Source: Lachnospiraceae bacterium (GTDB lineage Bacteria; Bacillota; Clostridia; Lachnospirales; Lachnospiraceae). From it: a stretch of 62,801 nucleotides of DNA. Below, piece by piece: positions 9,689 through 19,700 of the stretch. Positions within the stretch are counted from its first letter, which is position 1. Each line of letters starts with the position of its first letter. The stretch lies in the NCBI GenBank assembly GCA_045616945.1, contig JAZLHR010000127.1:1-62801 (forward strand). Direction: 5' to 3'. The notes below the pieces were generated by a model that was not told where the DNA came from, ran no database searches, and saw nothing but the letters and a program-made list of their open reading frames with translations. The translations under genes and the position numbers were made by a program.

Positions 9689-11968
9689 TTGCTGCGGCGG
9701 TTCGAAGGGGAGGTGATTGCTGCGGTTACGGAAACTTATCTGATCAGCGGGATGCATTGCGCGGCCTGTTCCGCAGCGGTGGAACGGGTCACGAAGAAAT
9801 TGCCGGGTGTCATTACCTGCAATGTCAATCTTGCGACCAATAAACTGACCGTCTGTTATGACGGATCGCTGACCGGGCCGGGGGACATCTGTGCCCGTGT
9901 GGAAAAGGCCGGCTTCGGCGCTTCGCTGTTCGTAAAGGATCTTTCCGCAGATGAAGAGATCTTTCGGGAGCAGGATCTGGCTCATGCGAAGATGCGCCGC
10001 CGCTTTTTCCTGTCGCTTGTTTTTTCTCTGCCTCTTTTCTGGCTGGCAATGGGCCCGATGCTGGGCCTGCCTCTGCCGGGAGATCTTTGGCGGACCGGCA
10101 GACCCGTGCTTTACGGGCTGCTGCAGCTGCTTTTGACCCTGCCGGTGCTTTGGCTGGGCCGCAGCTTTTATATTTCCGGCATCAAGGGGCTCCTGCACGG
10201 GAATCCGAGCATGGATTCGCTGGTCTCCCTGGGGACCGGAAGCGCGTTCCTGTACAGTACGGCTGTTCTGATATGCGTGATCCGCGATCCTTCGGTCAGT
10301 GCGCCGTTCTATTTTGAGTCGGCGGCGATGGTCCTGACACTCGTCACGCTCGGCAAAACCTTGGAAAGCCGCAGCAAAAGCCGCACGACCGAAGCGATCC
10401 GTGCCATGATGCGGCTGACGCCTGCCTCGGCACTGCTCCTGAAGGACGGGGAAACGATCTCCGTGCCTCCCGCCGCCGTATCGGTCGGTGAAAAGCTTCT
10501 GATCAAGGCCGGTGCATCCGTTCCTCTGGACGGGCTCGTGGTCGAAGGAGAGAGCAGCGTCAATGAATCGATGCTGACCGGGGAGAGCCTGCCGGTCGAT
10601 AGAGCGCCCGGTGCGGAGCTGATCGGCGGCAGTATCAACGGAAACGGCGTTATGGTGATGCAGGTGACCCGCACGGGAGAGAATACGACCCTCGCCGGCA
10701 TGATTCGGCTCGTGGAGGAAGCGCAGGGCAAAAAAGCGCCTATCGCTCGCCTGGCGGATGCCGCGGCTGCCGTGTTCGTCCCTGTCGTATTCGGGATCGC
10801 GCTCATTGCGGCGCTGGCATGGCTGATTTTCGGGCAGGAGGGCCTGCCGTTCGTTTTGAATATTTTCGTGTCTGTTCTGGTCATTGCCTGTCCCTGCGCA
10901 CTCGGACTTGCGACGCCTACGGCTATTCTGGCTGCGACAGGACGCGCCGCCGGGAGCGGCATCCTGATCAAAGGCGGGGATGTACTGGAAAATATCGGCA
11001 GAGCCGACTGTGTATTGCTGGATAAGACAGGCACCGTTACGCGCGGTACACCCGAGCTTTCCTCTGCGGAACCGGCAGACGGTATTTCGTCGGAAACGCT
11101 GCTCGGGCTGGCTGCCGCGGCAGAAGCCTTTTCGGAACATCCGCTCGCGAAGGCAGTATTGCAGGGGGCCGAAAAAGCCGGGATCGATGTGCCCGCAGCC
11201 GAGGATCCCCATGTTACCGGCGGGCGCGGGATCGAGGCGCAGCTGCATGGAAAAATGATCCGTGTCGGTTCTCCTGCTTTTGTGTCCGAGGTGCTGAGCC
11301 CGGAGGATGCCGCAGCGCTGCAGCTTGCCGCCTCACGGCACAGTGACGGTGCATCCCTGCTGGCTGCCGCGTACGGCGGGAACTATCAGGGGCTGCTGGC
11401 TGTATCGGATGAGCTCAAGGACGGGGCGGCGTCTGCCGTGAATGAACTGAAAAAGCTCGGATTGGAAGTGTTTCTGCTCTCCGGAGACAGAAAAGAAGCC
11501 GCCGGACATATCGGGCGGCAGATCGGCCTTGACGAGGCACATATCTTTGCCGGGCTTCTTCCGGAAGATAAGACCCGTATCGTCTCCGACTTGCAGAAAC
11601 AGGGGAAAAAGGTTATAATGGTGGGTGACGGGATCAATGATGCCCCCTCCCTTGTGACGGCTGATATCGGAATGGCCATCGGCAGCGGCAGTGATATTGC
11701 CATTTCCTCTGCCGATGCGGTATTGATGAAATCCGATCCGGCCGACATAGCGGCGGCAGTCAAACTGTCCGGGAAGACGCTGCGCATCATCCGTCAGAAT
11801 CTGTTTTGGGCGTTCTTTTATAATCTGCTCGGTATTCCGGTCGCTGCGGGTGTGCTGTACCTGTTCGGCGGTCCGCTGCTGAGTCCGATGATCGGCAGCC
11901 TGTGCATGAGTCTCAGCTCCGTGTGTGTTGTGACGAACGCACTCCGGCTGCGCCGTATCCGCTTATGA
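9689..11968 (+). CDS. copA: copper-translocating P1B-type ATPase
   Basis: N-terminal HMA GMHCAACSAAVE, CPC motif (CPCALGLATP), DKTGT, SEHPLA, VGDGINDAP. Start is uncertain: TTG at 9689 per the track, in-frame GTG at 9713 next to GAAGGGGAGG. Confidence 0.88.
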   Translation: MLRRFEGEVIAAVTETYLISGMHCAACSAAVERVTKKLPGVITCNVNLATNKLTVCYDGSLTGPGDICARVEKAGFGASLFVKDLSADEEIFREQDLAHAKMRRRFFLSLVFSLPLFWLAMGPMLGLPLPGDLWRTGRPVLYGLLQLLLTLPVLWLGRSFYISGIKGLLHGNPSMDSLVSLGTGSAFLYSTAVLICVIRDPSVSAPFYFESAAMVLTLVTLGKTLESRSKSRTTEAIRAMMRLTPASALLLKDGETISVPPAAVSVGEKLLIKAGASVPLDGLVVEGESSVNESMLTGESLPVDRAPGAELIGGSINGNGVMVMQVTRTGENTTLAGMIRLVEEAQGKKAPIARLADAAAAVFVPVVFGIALIAALAWLIFGQEGLPFVLNIFVSVLVIACPCALGLATPTAILAATGRAAGSGILIKGGDVLENIGRADCVLLDKTGTVTRGTPELSSAEPADGISSETLLGLAAAAEAFSEHPLAKAVLQGAEKAGIDVPAAEDPHVTGGRGIEAQLHGKMIRVGSPAFVSEVLSPEDAAALQLAASRHSDGASLLAAAYGGNYQGLLAVSDELKDGAASAVNELKKLGLEVFLLSGDRKEAAGHIGRQIGLDEAHIFAGLLPEDKTRIVSDLQKQGKKVIMVGDGINDAPSLVTADIGMAIGSGSDIAISSADAVLMKSDPADIAAAVKLSGKTLRIIRQNLFWAFFYNLLGIPVAAGVLYLFGGPLLSPMIGSLCMSLSSVCVVTNALRLRRIRL

Positions 11969-11982
11969 GGAGAATCAGTATC

Positions 11983-12180
11983 ATGATCACTTTCCGTGTC
12001 CCCGAAATCATGTGCGGCGGCTGTGTCGCACGCATCGAAAAAGGTCTGCAGGAAGCCGGTGTCGATGCTTCCGTCAGCCTGCAGGACAAGACCGTAACCG
12101 TTAACGGCTGTGAAAAGTGTGCCGCCAAGGCGGTCGGGGTCCTGGAGGATCTCGGCTTTTCCGCCGAAAAATTATTCTGA
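11983..12180 (+). CDS. copZ: heavy-metal-associated (HMA) domain copper chaperone-like protein
   Basis: 65 aa. MCGGC metal-binding motif near the N-terminus. GAGGAG RBS 11 nt upstream of the ATG at 11983. Immediately downstream of copA. Confidence 0.75.
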   Translation: MITFRVPEIMCGGCVARIEKGLQEAGVDASVSLQDKTVTVNGCEKCAAKAVGVLEDLGFSAEKLF

Positions 12181-12189
12181 GGATCCGTT

Positions 12190-13551
12190 ATGAAGAATCG
12201 TTTGATGAAGGCTGCCTGCGCCGTTTTGTCGCTCTGTCTGGTCTTGACCGGCTGCTCTCTGGGCAAAAAAATGGGCGAATTCGCGGACGGGGTGTCAGAC
12301 CTGATCTTACAGGCAAAGGGTGAATTGGTGCCGGAGAAGAATACAGAAGCTCCCGAAACGACAAAGCCGGATCCTTCTGAGTCCGTGCCTGCGTCGGATG
12401 CTTCCTCCGCGCCGTCTCTGCCTTCGGCGTCTGTGCCTGAGGAAGGAAGCAGCGCTGCTCCGACGGAGCCGTCGTCCCCTGCCATTCTCGCGGGGGATCA
12501 GCTGGCATGCTCCGTACGGGACCGCGAAAAAATTTCCGTTTACGAGACCGCTGATCTTTCCGGCAAAATTGCAGGATGGATTTATTACGGGAGCCCTGCC
12601 AAGGTGATCAATCTGCTGACCGAAAACGGGACTCGCTGGGTATATCTGCAGTCGGGCAATCTGCTTGGGTACGCGCCTCTGGACTGGTTTGCTTCCGGTG
12701 AGGCTGCGTCCGGGTTGATCGATTCGGCCGGCCGTAAAATGGCCGCCCTGAAGAGCGGTGCGGATGCGGTGCGTCTGCGTGAAAGCGCTTCCGCGGACGC
12801 AAGGACCGTCGGCATCCTCAGCTCCGGCAGACAGTATGAGGTCCTGGAAGAATCCGGCAGCTTCTGCCGTGTGAAGGTCTCTGATTCGCTGTCCGGCTAT
12901 GTGAGTGCCGACAGTGTGGTCATTTCCTCGGAAAAACGGCTCGGTATCACCGCAGAAGAAGCGGAGGCCGCCGAAAAGTATGCCAATCAGATGCGGAACG
13001 ACCAGGCCGCCCGGGAACTTGAATCCGAGATCGCCGCTTCCATAGAGGAAAGCATCAAGGCTTCCCTGGAAGAGAGCCGGAAGGAGAGCAGCGAAGCGGC
13101 TGAAAAGGGCACGGACAGCACGGAGCCGACTTCTTCTGAATCCGGCGGGCTGAACCTGCCTGCGGATCTTTCACCGCAGCGGAGAGCTTTGGTCGAGGCG
13201 GCATACAGCTATGTCGGCAAACTGAAATATGTAAGCGGCGGTAGGAGCCTCACGGGCGGTGTGGATTCCTCCGGCTTTACCAAATGCATTTACGCGCAGT
13301 TCGGCATCAGCATCGGTGATACGACCAAATCGCAGCGAAATAACGGCGTGAATGTTCCTTATGCGCACAATGCGCGTCCCGGAGATCTGATCTGCTACGA
13401 AGGCAGCTGCGGGATCTATATCGGGAACGGGCTGATCGTCCGGGCCGGAACGGAACTCACGGTCGGAGATGAGCTCGTCAATTTCCCCGTTGCCGTGGAT
13501 GATATGTATTACAAAGAAATATATTGCGTACGGAACGTATTCGGCGATTGA
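12190..13551 (+). CDS. lipoprotein with two SH3b-like domains and a C-terminal NlpC/P60-fold domain whose catalytic residues are substituted
   Basis: Lipobox VLTGC. S/P/A-rich linker. Two SH3_3-like segments. Acidic coiled-coil. C-terminal GGVDSSGF...PGDLICYEGSCGIYIGNGLIVRAG aligns to the NlpC/P60 DCSGF...GHVGIYIG...IHA pattern. Confidence 0.8.
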   Translation: MKNRLMKAACAVLSLCLVLTGCSLGKKMGEFADGVSDLILQAKGELVPEKNTEAPETTKPDPSESVPASDASSAPSLPSASVPEEGSSAAPTEPSSPAILAGDQLACSVRDREKISVYETADLSGKIAGWIYYGSPAKVINLLTENGTRWVYLQSGNLLGYAPLDWFASGEAASGLIDSAGRKMAALKSGADAVRLRESASADARTVGILSSGRQYEVLEESGSFCRVKVSDSLSGYVSADSVVISSEKRLGITAEEAEAAEKYANQMRNDQAARELESEIAASIEESIKASLEESRKESSEAAEKGTDSTEPTSSESGGLNLPADLSPQRRALVEAAYSYVGKLKYVSGGRSLTGGVDSSGFTKCIYAQFGISIGDTTKSQRNNGVNVPYAHNARPGDLICYEGSCGIYIGNGLIVRAGTELTVGDELVNFPVAVDDMYYKEIYCVRNVFGD

Positions 13552-13572
13552 GCCTTCTGCACGCAGATACGG

Positions 13573-13619
13573 AAAGAGCCGCACGGAGGGTCATCTGCGC
13601 GGCTCTTTTCCTGTTTTTT
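13573..13619 (+). terminator. Rho-independent terminator after the NlpC/P60-like gene
   Basis: AAAGAGCCGC (13573-13582) pairs with GCGGCTCTTT (13599-13608), followed by TCCTGTTTTTT. Confidence 0.75.
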
Positions 13620-13679
13620 GGGGGCTAATGCCGGGACTGCCGGCTGTGTTCGGCAGCGGCAGCCATGAAAATTTCATCT

Positions 13680-13708
13680 GTACAATCAGTGAATACTTAT
13701 GATATAAT
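13680..13708 (+). promoter_or_regulatory. putative sigma-A promoter for the giant lipoprotein gene (extended -10)
   Basis: TGATATAAT extended -10 (TATAAT at 13703-13708). Weak -35 (GTACAA/TACAAT) 16-17 nt upstream. Confidence 0.5.
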
Positions 13709-13768
13709 GCATAAACTATTGATGGAATGATCCGATCGTAAAAGTATCATCCATGAAAGGACAAAACA

Positions 13769-16700
13769 ATGAATCATACAATGTTGAAAAAGCTGGTCAG
13801 CCTGCTCCTGGCGGTTTCCATGGTGCTTTCTTTGGCAGCCTGCGGAGGAAATACGCCCGGGACATCCACGGAAAACAGGAACGGCAGTGAGGCACAGGAT
13901 CCGTCCGGCTCCGGCAGTGAGACCCGCGGAACGGATATTGCGGACCCGACGGAAGGCTCTGTTCCCGGCACCGAAAGTTCCGGGAGCGAAACGGATCCTT
14001 CCGGCAATGATCCGTCGGTGCCTGCGGGCGATCTCGAACTCACCGGCGTGAAAAAACGGCCTGCCGACGGTATCGGTGTGCCCGGAACCGACTTCGATGA
14101 GATCGATGCATCCTCCATCGGCGAATGGGAAGAAGGCTGGGAAAATACCGGATTTACCGTGGAATATCTGGCGGAGGACGGCTTTACCCCGATCAGCGAA
14201 CATTTTTGGGGGAAGGAATACCAGGTTCGGATCGAAGATGAGAAGCTGACGAAAAACTGGCTGCTCTATCAGGCACGCGAAAAGGGCGCCGTATTGTATG
14301 AGACGGCTGCCGATAAGTTCCTGGCGTTCCTGGAAGAAGATCCCGAGACCGGCTGGTGGTATCTGGCGGATCTGGAGGAGGGCGCTTCGACCCTGCATAA
14401 ATACCGCATCCATATCGCGCAGCCCGGGGCGGAGCATGTTATCCCGTTTGACCGGGAAGAGCTTTGGACAGATAACGATTATTATTTTTATACGAAAAAT
14501 AAGCCCGGCAAGCAGTACTCCGTAACGGTGAACTTCTCCGAGACCTGGGATTCCATCAGAAAGGGCTTTGATCTTTTTGCGCGGGCGGATTACAGATTCG
14601 GAGGACTGTCGCTGGAATACGACCGTCCTGCGGAGAACAATAACTTTAATTTGATGATGGAAGAGTACGGCATCTCCTATACCATCTCGCCGCGGGCCGG
14701 ACAGACGGTGACCTATGACGGCTTCCTGCCTTTCGGGGAATGGACCTGCTGGTATGTCGACCGCAGCAATATGGAAGGCGAGACCGGCTGCACCGTCACG
14801 CTCCGCGTGGATGAAGCTGCAGACCTGACGCCTATCCGCAGCGGCGAGCAGCTGGGAATGGTCAAGCTGATCGGTACCGGCGGCAGCTGCGGGGCTGCTC
14901 TGTCGATGCCCAACGGTCTGAGTACCTACCTGCCGGATTGGGAATACTCGCTGTTATACGAGCCTTTCCCGGACAATGCTGGCAATTATTGCTTCACGGT
15001 CCCCGCGGGCTACTATTCCCTGCAGGTCGGTTCCGATGCGCTCGGTGAAAGCAATCTGCGTCTGATGAACGTGCCGGTCAGTTCCGGCCGCATCACGGAG
15101 GTGGTGCTGGGGGCTGAATCGCAGACCCTGCTGTCGGATATGATGGAAGAAAATGCTTCGACGGAGAAACCTGTCGGGACCATCGGCCTGAACAGTGTTG
15201 ATTACAGTGATCCGAAGAAGACGAAGATTACCGTTACGGTCTTTGATCCCGAGGACAGGACCGTGCTGCCGCAGCCGGAGGATTTCACCGTCACCGAGAA
15301 CGGTGTGCCCGGCAAGGTGCTGGAGATCACGCAGCGGACGGCGGCTGCCAATATCGTGCTGTGCATCGATACCTCCGGCTCCATGAAAAACAGTATGAAG
15401 GATGTCATCGCGTCTGCCACCCGCTTCGTGCAGAATCTTCCGGATGATGCTTCTATTACGATCCTGGAATACAAGCAGCAGATCATTGAGCATCCGGGCA
15501 CGGACAAGGCCTCTGCGGTGGCTGCTTTGAAGGGGATGACCGCCACCGGCGACACCTCCATGTACGATGCATTGGCCTGGGGCCTGAATTATCTGGAGGG
15601 CAAGAAAAATGCATTTGCCGTCCTGTTCACGGACGGTATCGATTCCCGGGACAATCCCACGGATCCGGCTCCGGGCAGCTCTATCAGCAAGCAGGAACTT
15701 CTGAATCGTGTCGAAATGAGCGAGGTCACGGTCTTTGCGATCGGCTTCGGCCAGAATCATGACGCGGGTGCCATGCAGGAGATCGCCGGGATCCGGGGCG
15801 AGTATTTCCCCGCAACGGATGCGAAGGCCCTGGACCGCGTGTTCGCGGAGGTGACGACCAAATTCGGCAATTCCATCGATGTGGTCTACGAACGTCCGAC
15901 CGTTACGGCAGATACGGCCGGAGATACCCCGGTCGTGACATTGATGCTGGATATTTCCGGCTCCATGAACAAGCTGCCGGAGACCGGTGACGACTGCGAC
16001 ATCCGCATGAACCGGGTCCGCACTCTTTTCCATGATTTCTTTACGGATCTTCCGGCGGGATCGCTGATGCAGCTCGGTACCTTTGCCGATGCCAGCATCA
16101 TAGACGTCTGCACCATGATGCGTCAGATCCTTACCGATGATAAGGCCAGTCTGCTGGCGGCTCTTTCCGAGGCGCAGGCCCTGGGCGGCACGCCCACGCT
16201 GGAAGCCCTCCGGATGGGATATTCTTCCCTGCGCGGCGTAAGCTCCTCCAAGCGTGTGCTGATCTTCTTTACCGATGCCGGACTGGAGGTCGAGGAAGAC
16301 AAAAATTCTGAATTTGAAGAGACCCTGGCGCAATTCAAGGAAGCCGGGATCCGCGTTCTTTTTGCAGGCCTCGGCACTGAGGACTATGCGGTACGCTACG
16401 ACGGACTCTTTCAGCATGCCGCCGAGCTCGCCGGCGGCGATTATATCATAGAGTCTTCCGTCGAGCAGGTGCAGACCAAGCTGGACGAGGTCCTGGCGTC
16501 CATCGATAAGCCCGGTGAGGTCAAGGAGGACGTGAGCCTCAGTATCGCTTTGGATACGATGACCGATCAGGGCAGCCGCATGACTTATGCGATGACCCGG
16601 AGCGTGGAGGGGATGAAGCTGCTGACAAAGCAGGGCAAAGCAGTTGAGCCCGGCCGCATCATCCTCCGCGACGGCGGCGCCTATGTGACCTACAGCCCCG

Positions 16701-19700
16701 ATACGGCGGCACTTCTGTACGGCGGCGACGACCGGAACGAGACGCTCATTGACCAGCATATCAGCTTCGCAGAGGCGGCGGTGAGCAATGATTTCGCGGA
16801 TATGACGGTCCGGGATGCTTATTTCATGAGCAGCTTCAAGGGCATTAGCCATGATTTCCTGGCTCTGAATCTTACCCTGACCTTCCACAAGAAGAATCCG
16901 TCCGCAAAAGAGACCGGCTACCAGATCCCGAATATTTTCAATCATTTTTATGTTTCGGTCAACAACGGCCGCATGATGCCCGCTTCCGAGGCTACCTGGC
17001 TTGCGGAAACGCCGCTGGCGGTTCCGGGCGAATGCATGCTCCAGGTCAATGAACTGTATAACGAGAAGCATGAGCCGCTGGAGCTCGGCGAGAGCGTGAG
17101 CGGCGTGCTGGTATTTGCCATTGACAGTCTCGGCAAATGCGAACAGCTGTCCCTGCATATGTACGATACCTCATACGGTCATCTGCAGTGCGCGCTGGTG
17201 GGCAAAATGCCGCAGAATCTCCTGGAAATGACCGCGCTTCCGACCGCGGAGCCGGAGAAGCTTTCCGATGCCTTCTCCATCAGTCTGACGGGCAGAACGG
17301 ATACGGATAACCTGCAGGGCGCCGAGCTTCCCCGCGAGGACGATGAGAACAAGAAAGTCGGGTTCCGCGTCGTGGAGGCACAGTTCGACTCCCGCGTGCA
17401 GGCACTGCTGGATATCGACCCGCTGCAGCGCTTCTACTATAAGCTGCCGTCCAACAGCGGTGATCTGCTGATCCCGATGGATCCCATCGTCGGCAATCTG
17501 CCGCTCGGGTTCACCGGCGCGACGAAGCTCGCTCCCGGTTCCTCCCAGAACGTAAGACTGCCTTACGCGATCCCGGTTAAGATGTCCGAAAACGAGGCTT
17601 CCGTGTGGGCGGATCTGCAGAGCGGCAGCTGCGAGATGAACGTGCAGAAGGGCAGCCCTTACAGCAGCAAGAGCGAGGGCCTGCGCTTCGAACATGAGTA
17701 TTTTACCCTGATCATCAATGAATTTGCCTATACCTCCGAGGATCGCCGGGAAGCCGCACTGGACTTCACGGTCATCGACAAGAAGGACGGAGAGGGCACG
17801 GCGGGCTTCGACACGGCCCTGTATCTGTTCCGTGAGGTGGAGGGCCTGGAAACCGGCGGGAATAACGGCAGTACCATCATGATGGGCGTGAGCGCGAAGG
17901 GCCTGGGAAATTTCGGCGATCTGTCGGATGTGCTGGAACCCGTCGGCGTTCTGATGGCCGATCTGGGAGCGACCCGTGAACTGATCTTCGGTGCCTCCGC
18001 GGAGGACCGTGACTGGGGCGCCTACGACGGAATGAGCCGCCGCGGCATCCTGATCTTCTCCGTGAATGACGATGCCCGGAAGGATGATTGGCGTCTTTCC
18101 TGCGAGCTGCTGCCGGAACTGTCGCTGGCGATCTCCGACAGTCTGTTCTCTGACACGGCGCTGCTGGCCAGGAAGCCCTATGTCAGTGTAGATACCTCCT
18201 TCCGCGAGATGCTGATGAAGAAGGTCGATGCGGCCGTGGCAGCTTACCGGGCCACGCATCCTTCGTCTGATGTGTCGGAAAGTGTGGGCCTCACCGATGA
18301 TGAGATCATCGGCAGACATGTCGAGACCCCGTATTTGACCGTTTACGGTACGCAGCAGATCGAGGCGGTGAAAACAGAGGAAGACTTTAAGGCTTTGATG
18401 AACAGTCTGACCTGGCTCCCCTGCGGAAGAAGCGAATGCAGCATCTTCGCACCCGAGGCGGTGGTCACGCAGGGCTTCGGCTCAGACGGCGATTTCTATT
18501 ATCTGACCAAGGCTCTCCTGGGCAGACTCGGCTATGCGTCGAGCCTGAGGATCTTCCGGATCAATGAAACAGGCTGGGAGAATCTTCAGCGCTGGGGCGG
18601 CTTCGTTTCGTACGAAAAGCCGGAATATCTCTATGCGCTGGCTTATACGGATGCGAAGGGCAATCCGCACATCTATGTACCGGCACTGCGTCATGAGGCG
18701 GATGAACTGTACGGCCTGGGCACTGTCGCTCCGGCATATGTCGGCGAACCTGCTATCCGCAATGTGCGGGTGACTGTCACGGCTTCCGGCAAATTGACCG
18801 AGAGCGCGGCGATGGCTCAGCAGATGCTGGCCATGATGGATATCGGCAGCATCCTCGGAGGCGGGGAAGGCGGCGCAGGCTATTACGAGACTGTAAAGCT
18901 GCTGGAGGCGGAGATCAGTCTGCATGATCTCAGCCGGAACCCGGTCGATCTTAGCTTTGTATCTCTGGGCAAGGATGACGACGGCGTCCATGACAAGATC
19001 ACCGCGGTGCTGGATACTCCTGCGGGACTGTTCTACGACGGTGCCATGTGGGCAAGCAGCGCCAGTTATGACTTCGATCGGATCGATGTCTCTTTGGAGA
19101 GCAGCTTCTTCACGAACGACATGGCAAAGCATACTTATATTCTGCAGGAAGGCGATTCTCTGCTGGATATTTTCAAGAGCATCAGCGTGAATATGCCGGA
19201 AATGACGGAACAGGCTGCTGCCGCCTATGAAGCGGCGGTCCGCGAAAATGCGAAGGCAGCAGAGACCCTGGATACCGATTACGGTACGGGCCGCTGGATC
19301 ACGCACGCGGCACTGGCAAGAATGGCTTATACTCTTACCGGGACGGCTGCGGAGATCCGCGAAACGCTGGGGCTGGCTCCCTGTGTCGACGGTTTGCTTG
19401 CCGCCTGCGCGACACTGAAATCCGACGGAAAGGATGCCATCGGCAGCTTTGACCTGATAGATATTTCCCGCGGTCTGCTCCTGACGGAAAAGACAGAGCA
19501 GGAAGGCGGAAGTTTGGAAGAATTGAGAAAATCCTTCAATCAGGCCTTTTCGATGCGTGCCTGCACGGCAGAGGGCAGTGTGTATCCGACCGAAGGCGCC
19601 TGCTATGTGGACGTATGGGCTTCCATGCCGGAAAGCTCCGGCTTTGTCAATGTCGACACGGACAGCGATGAAAAGGAACGAGCCGCGGCCTATTTCGAGT

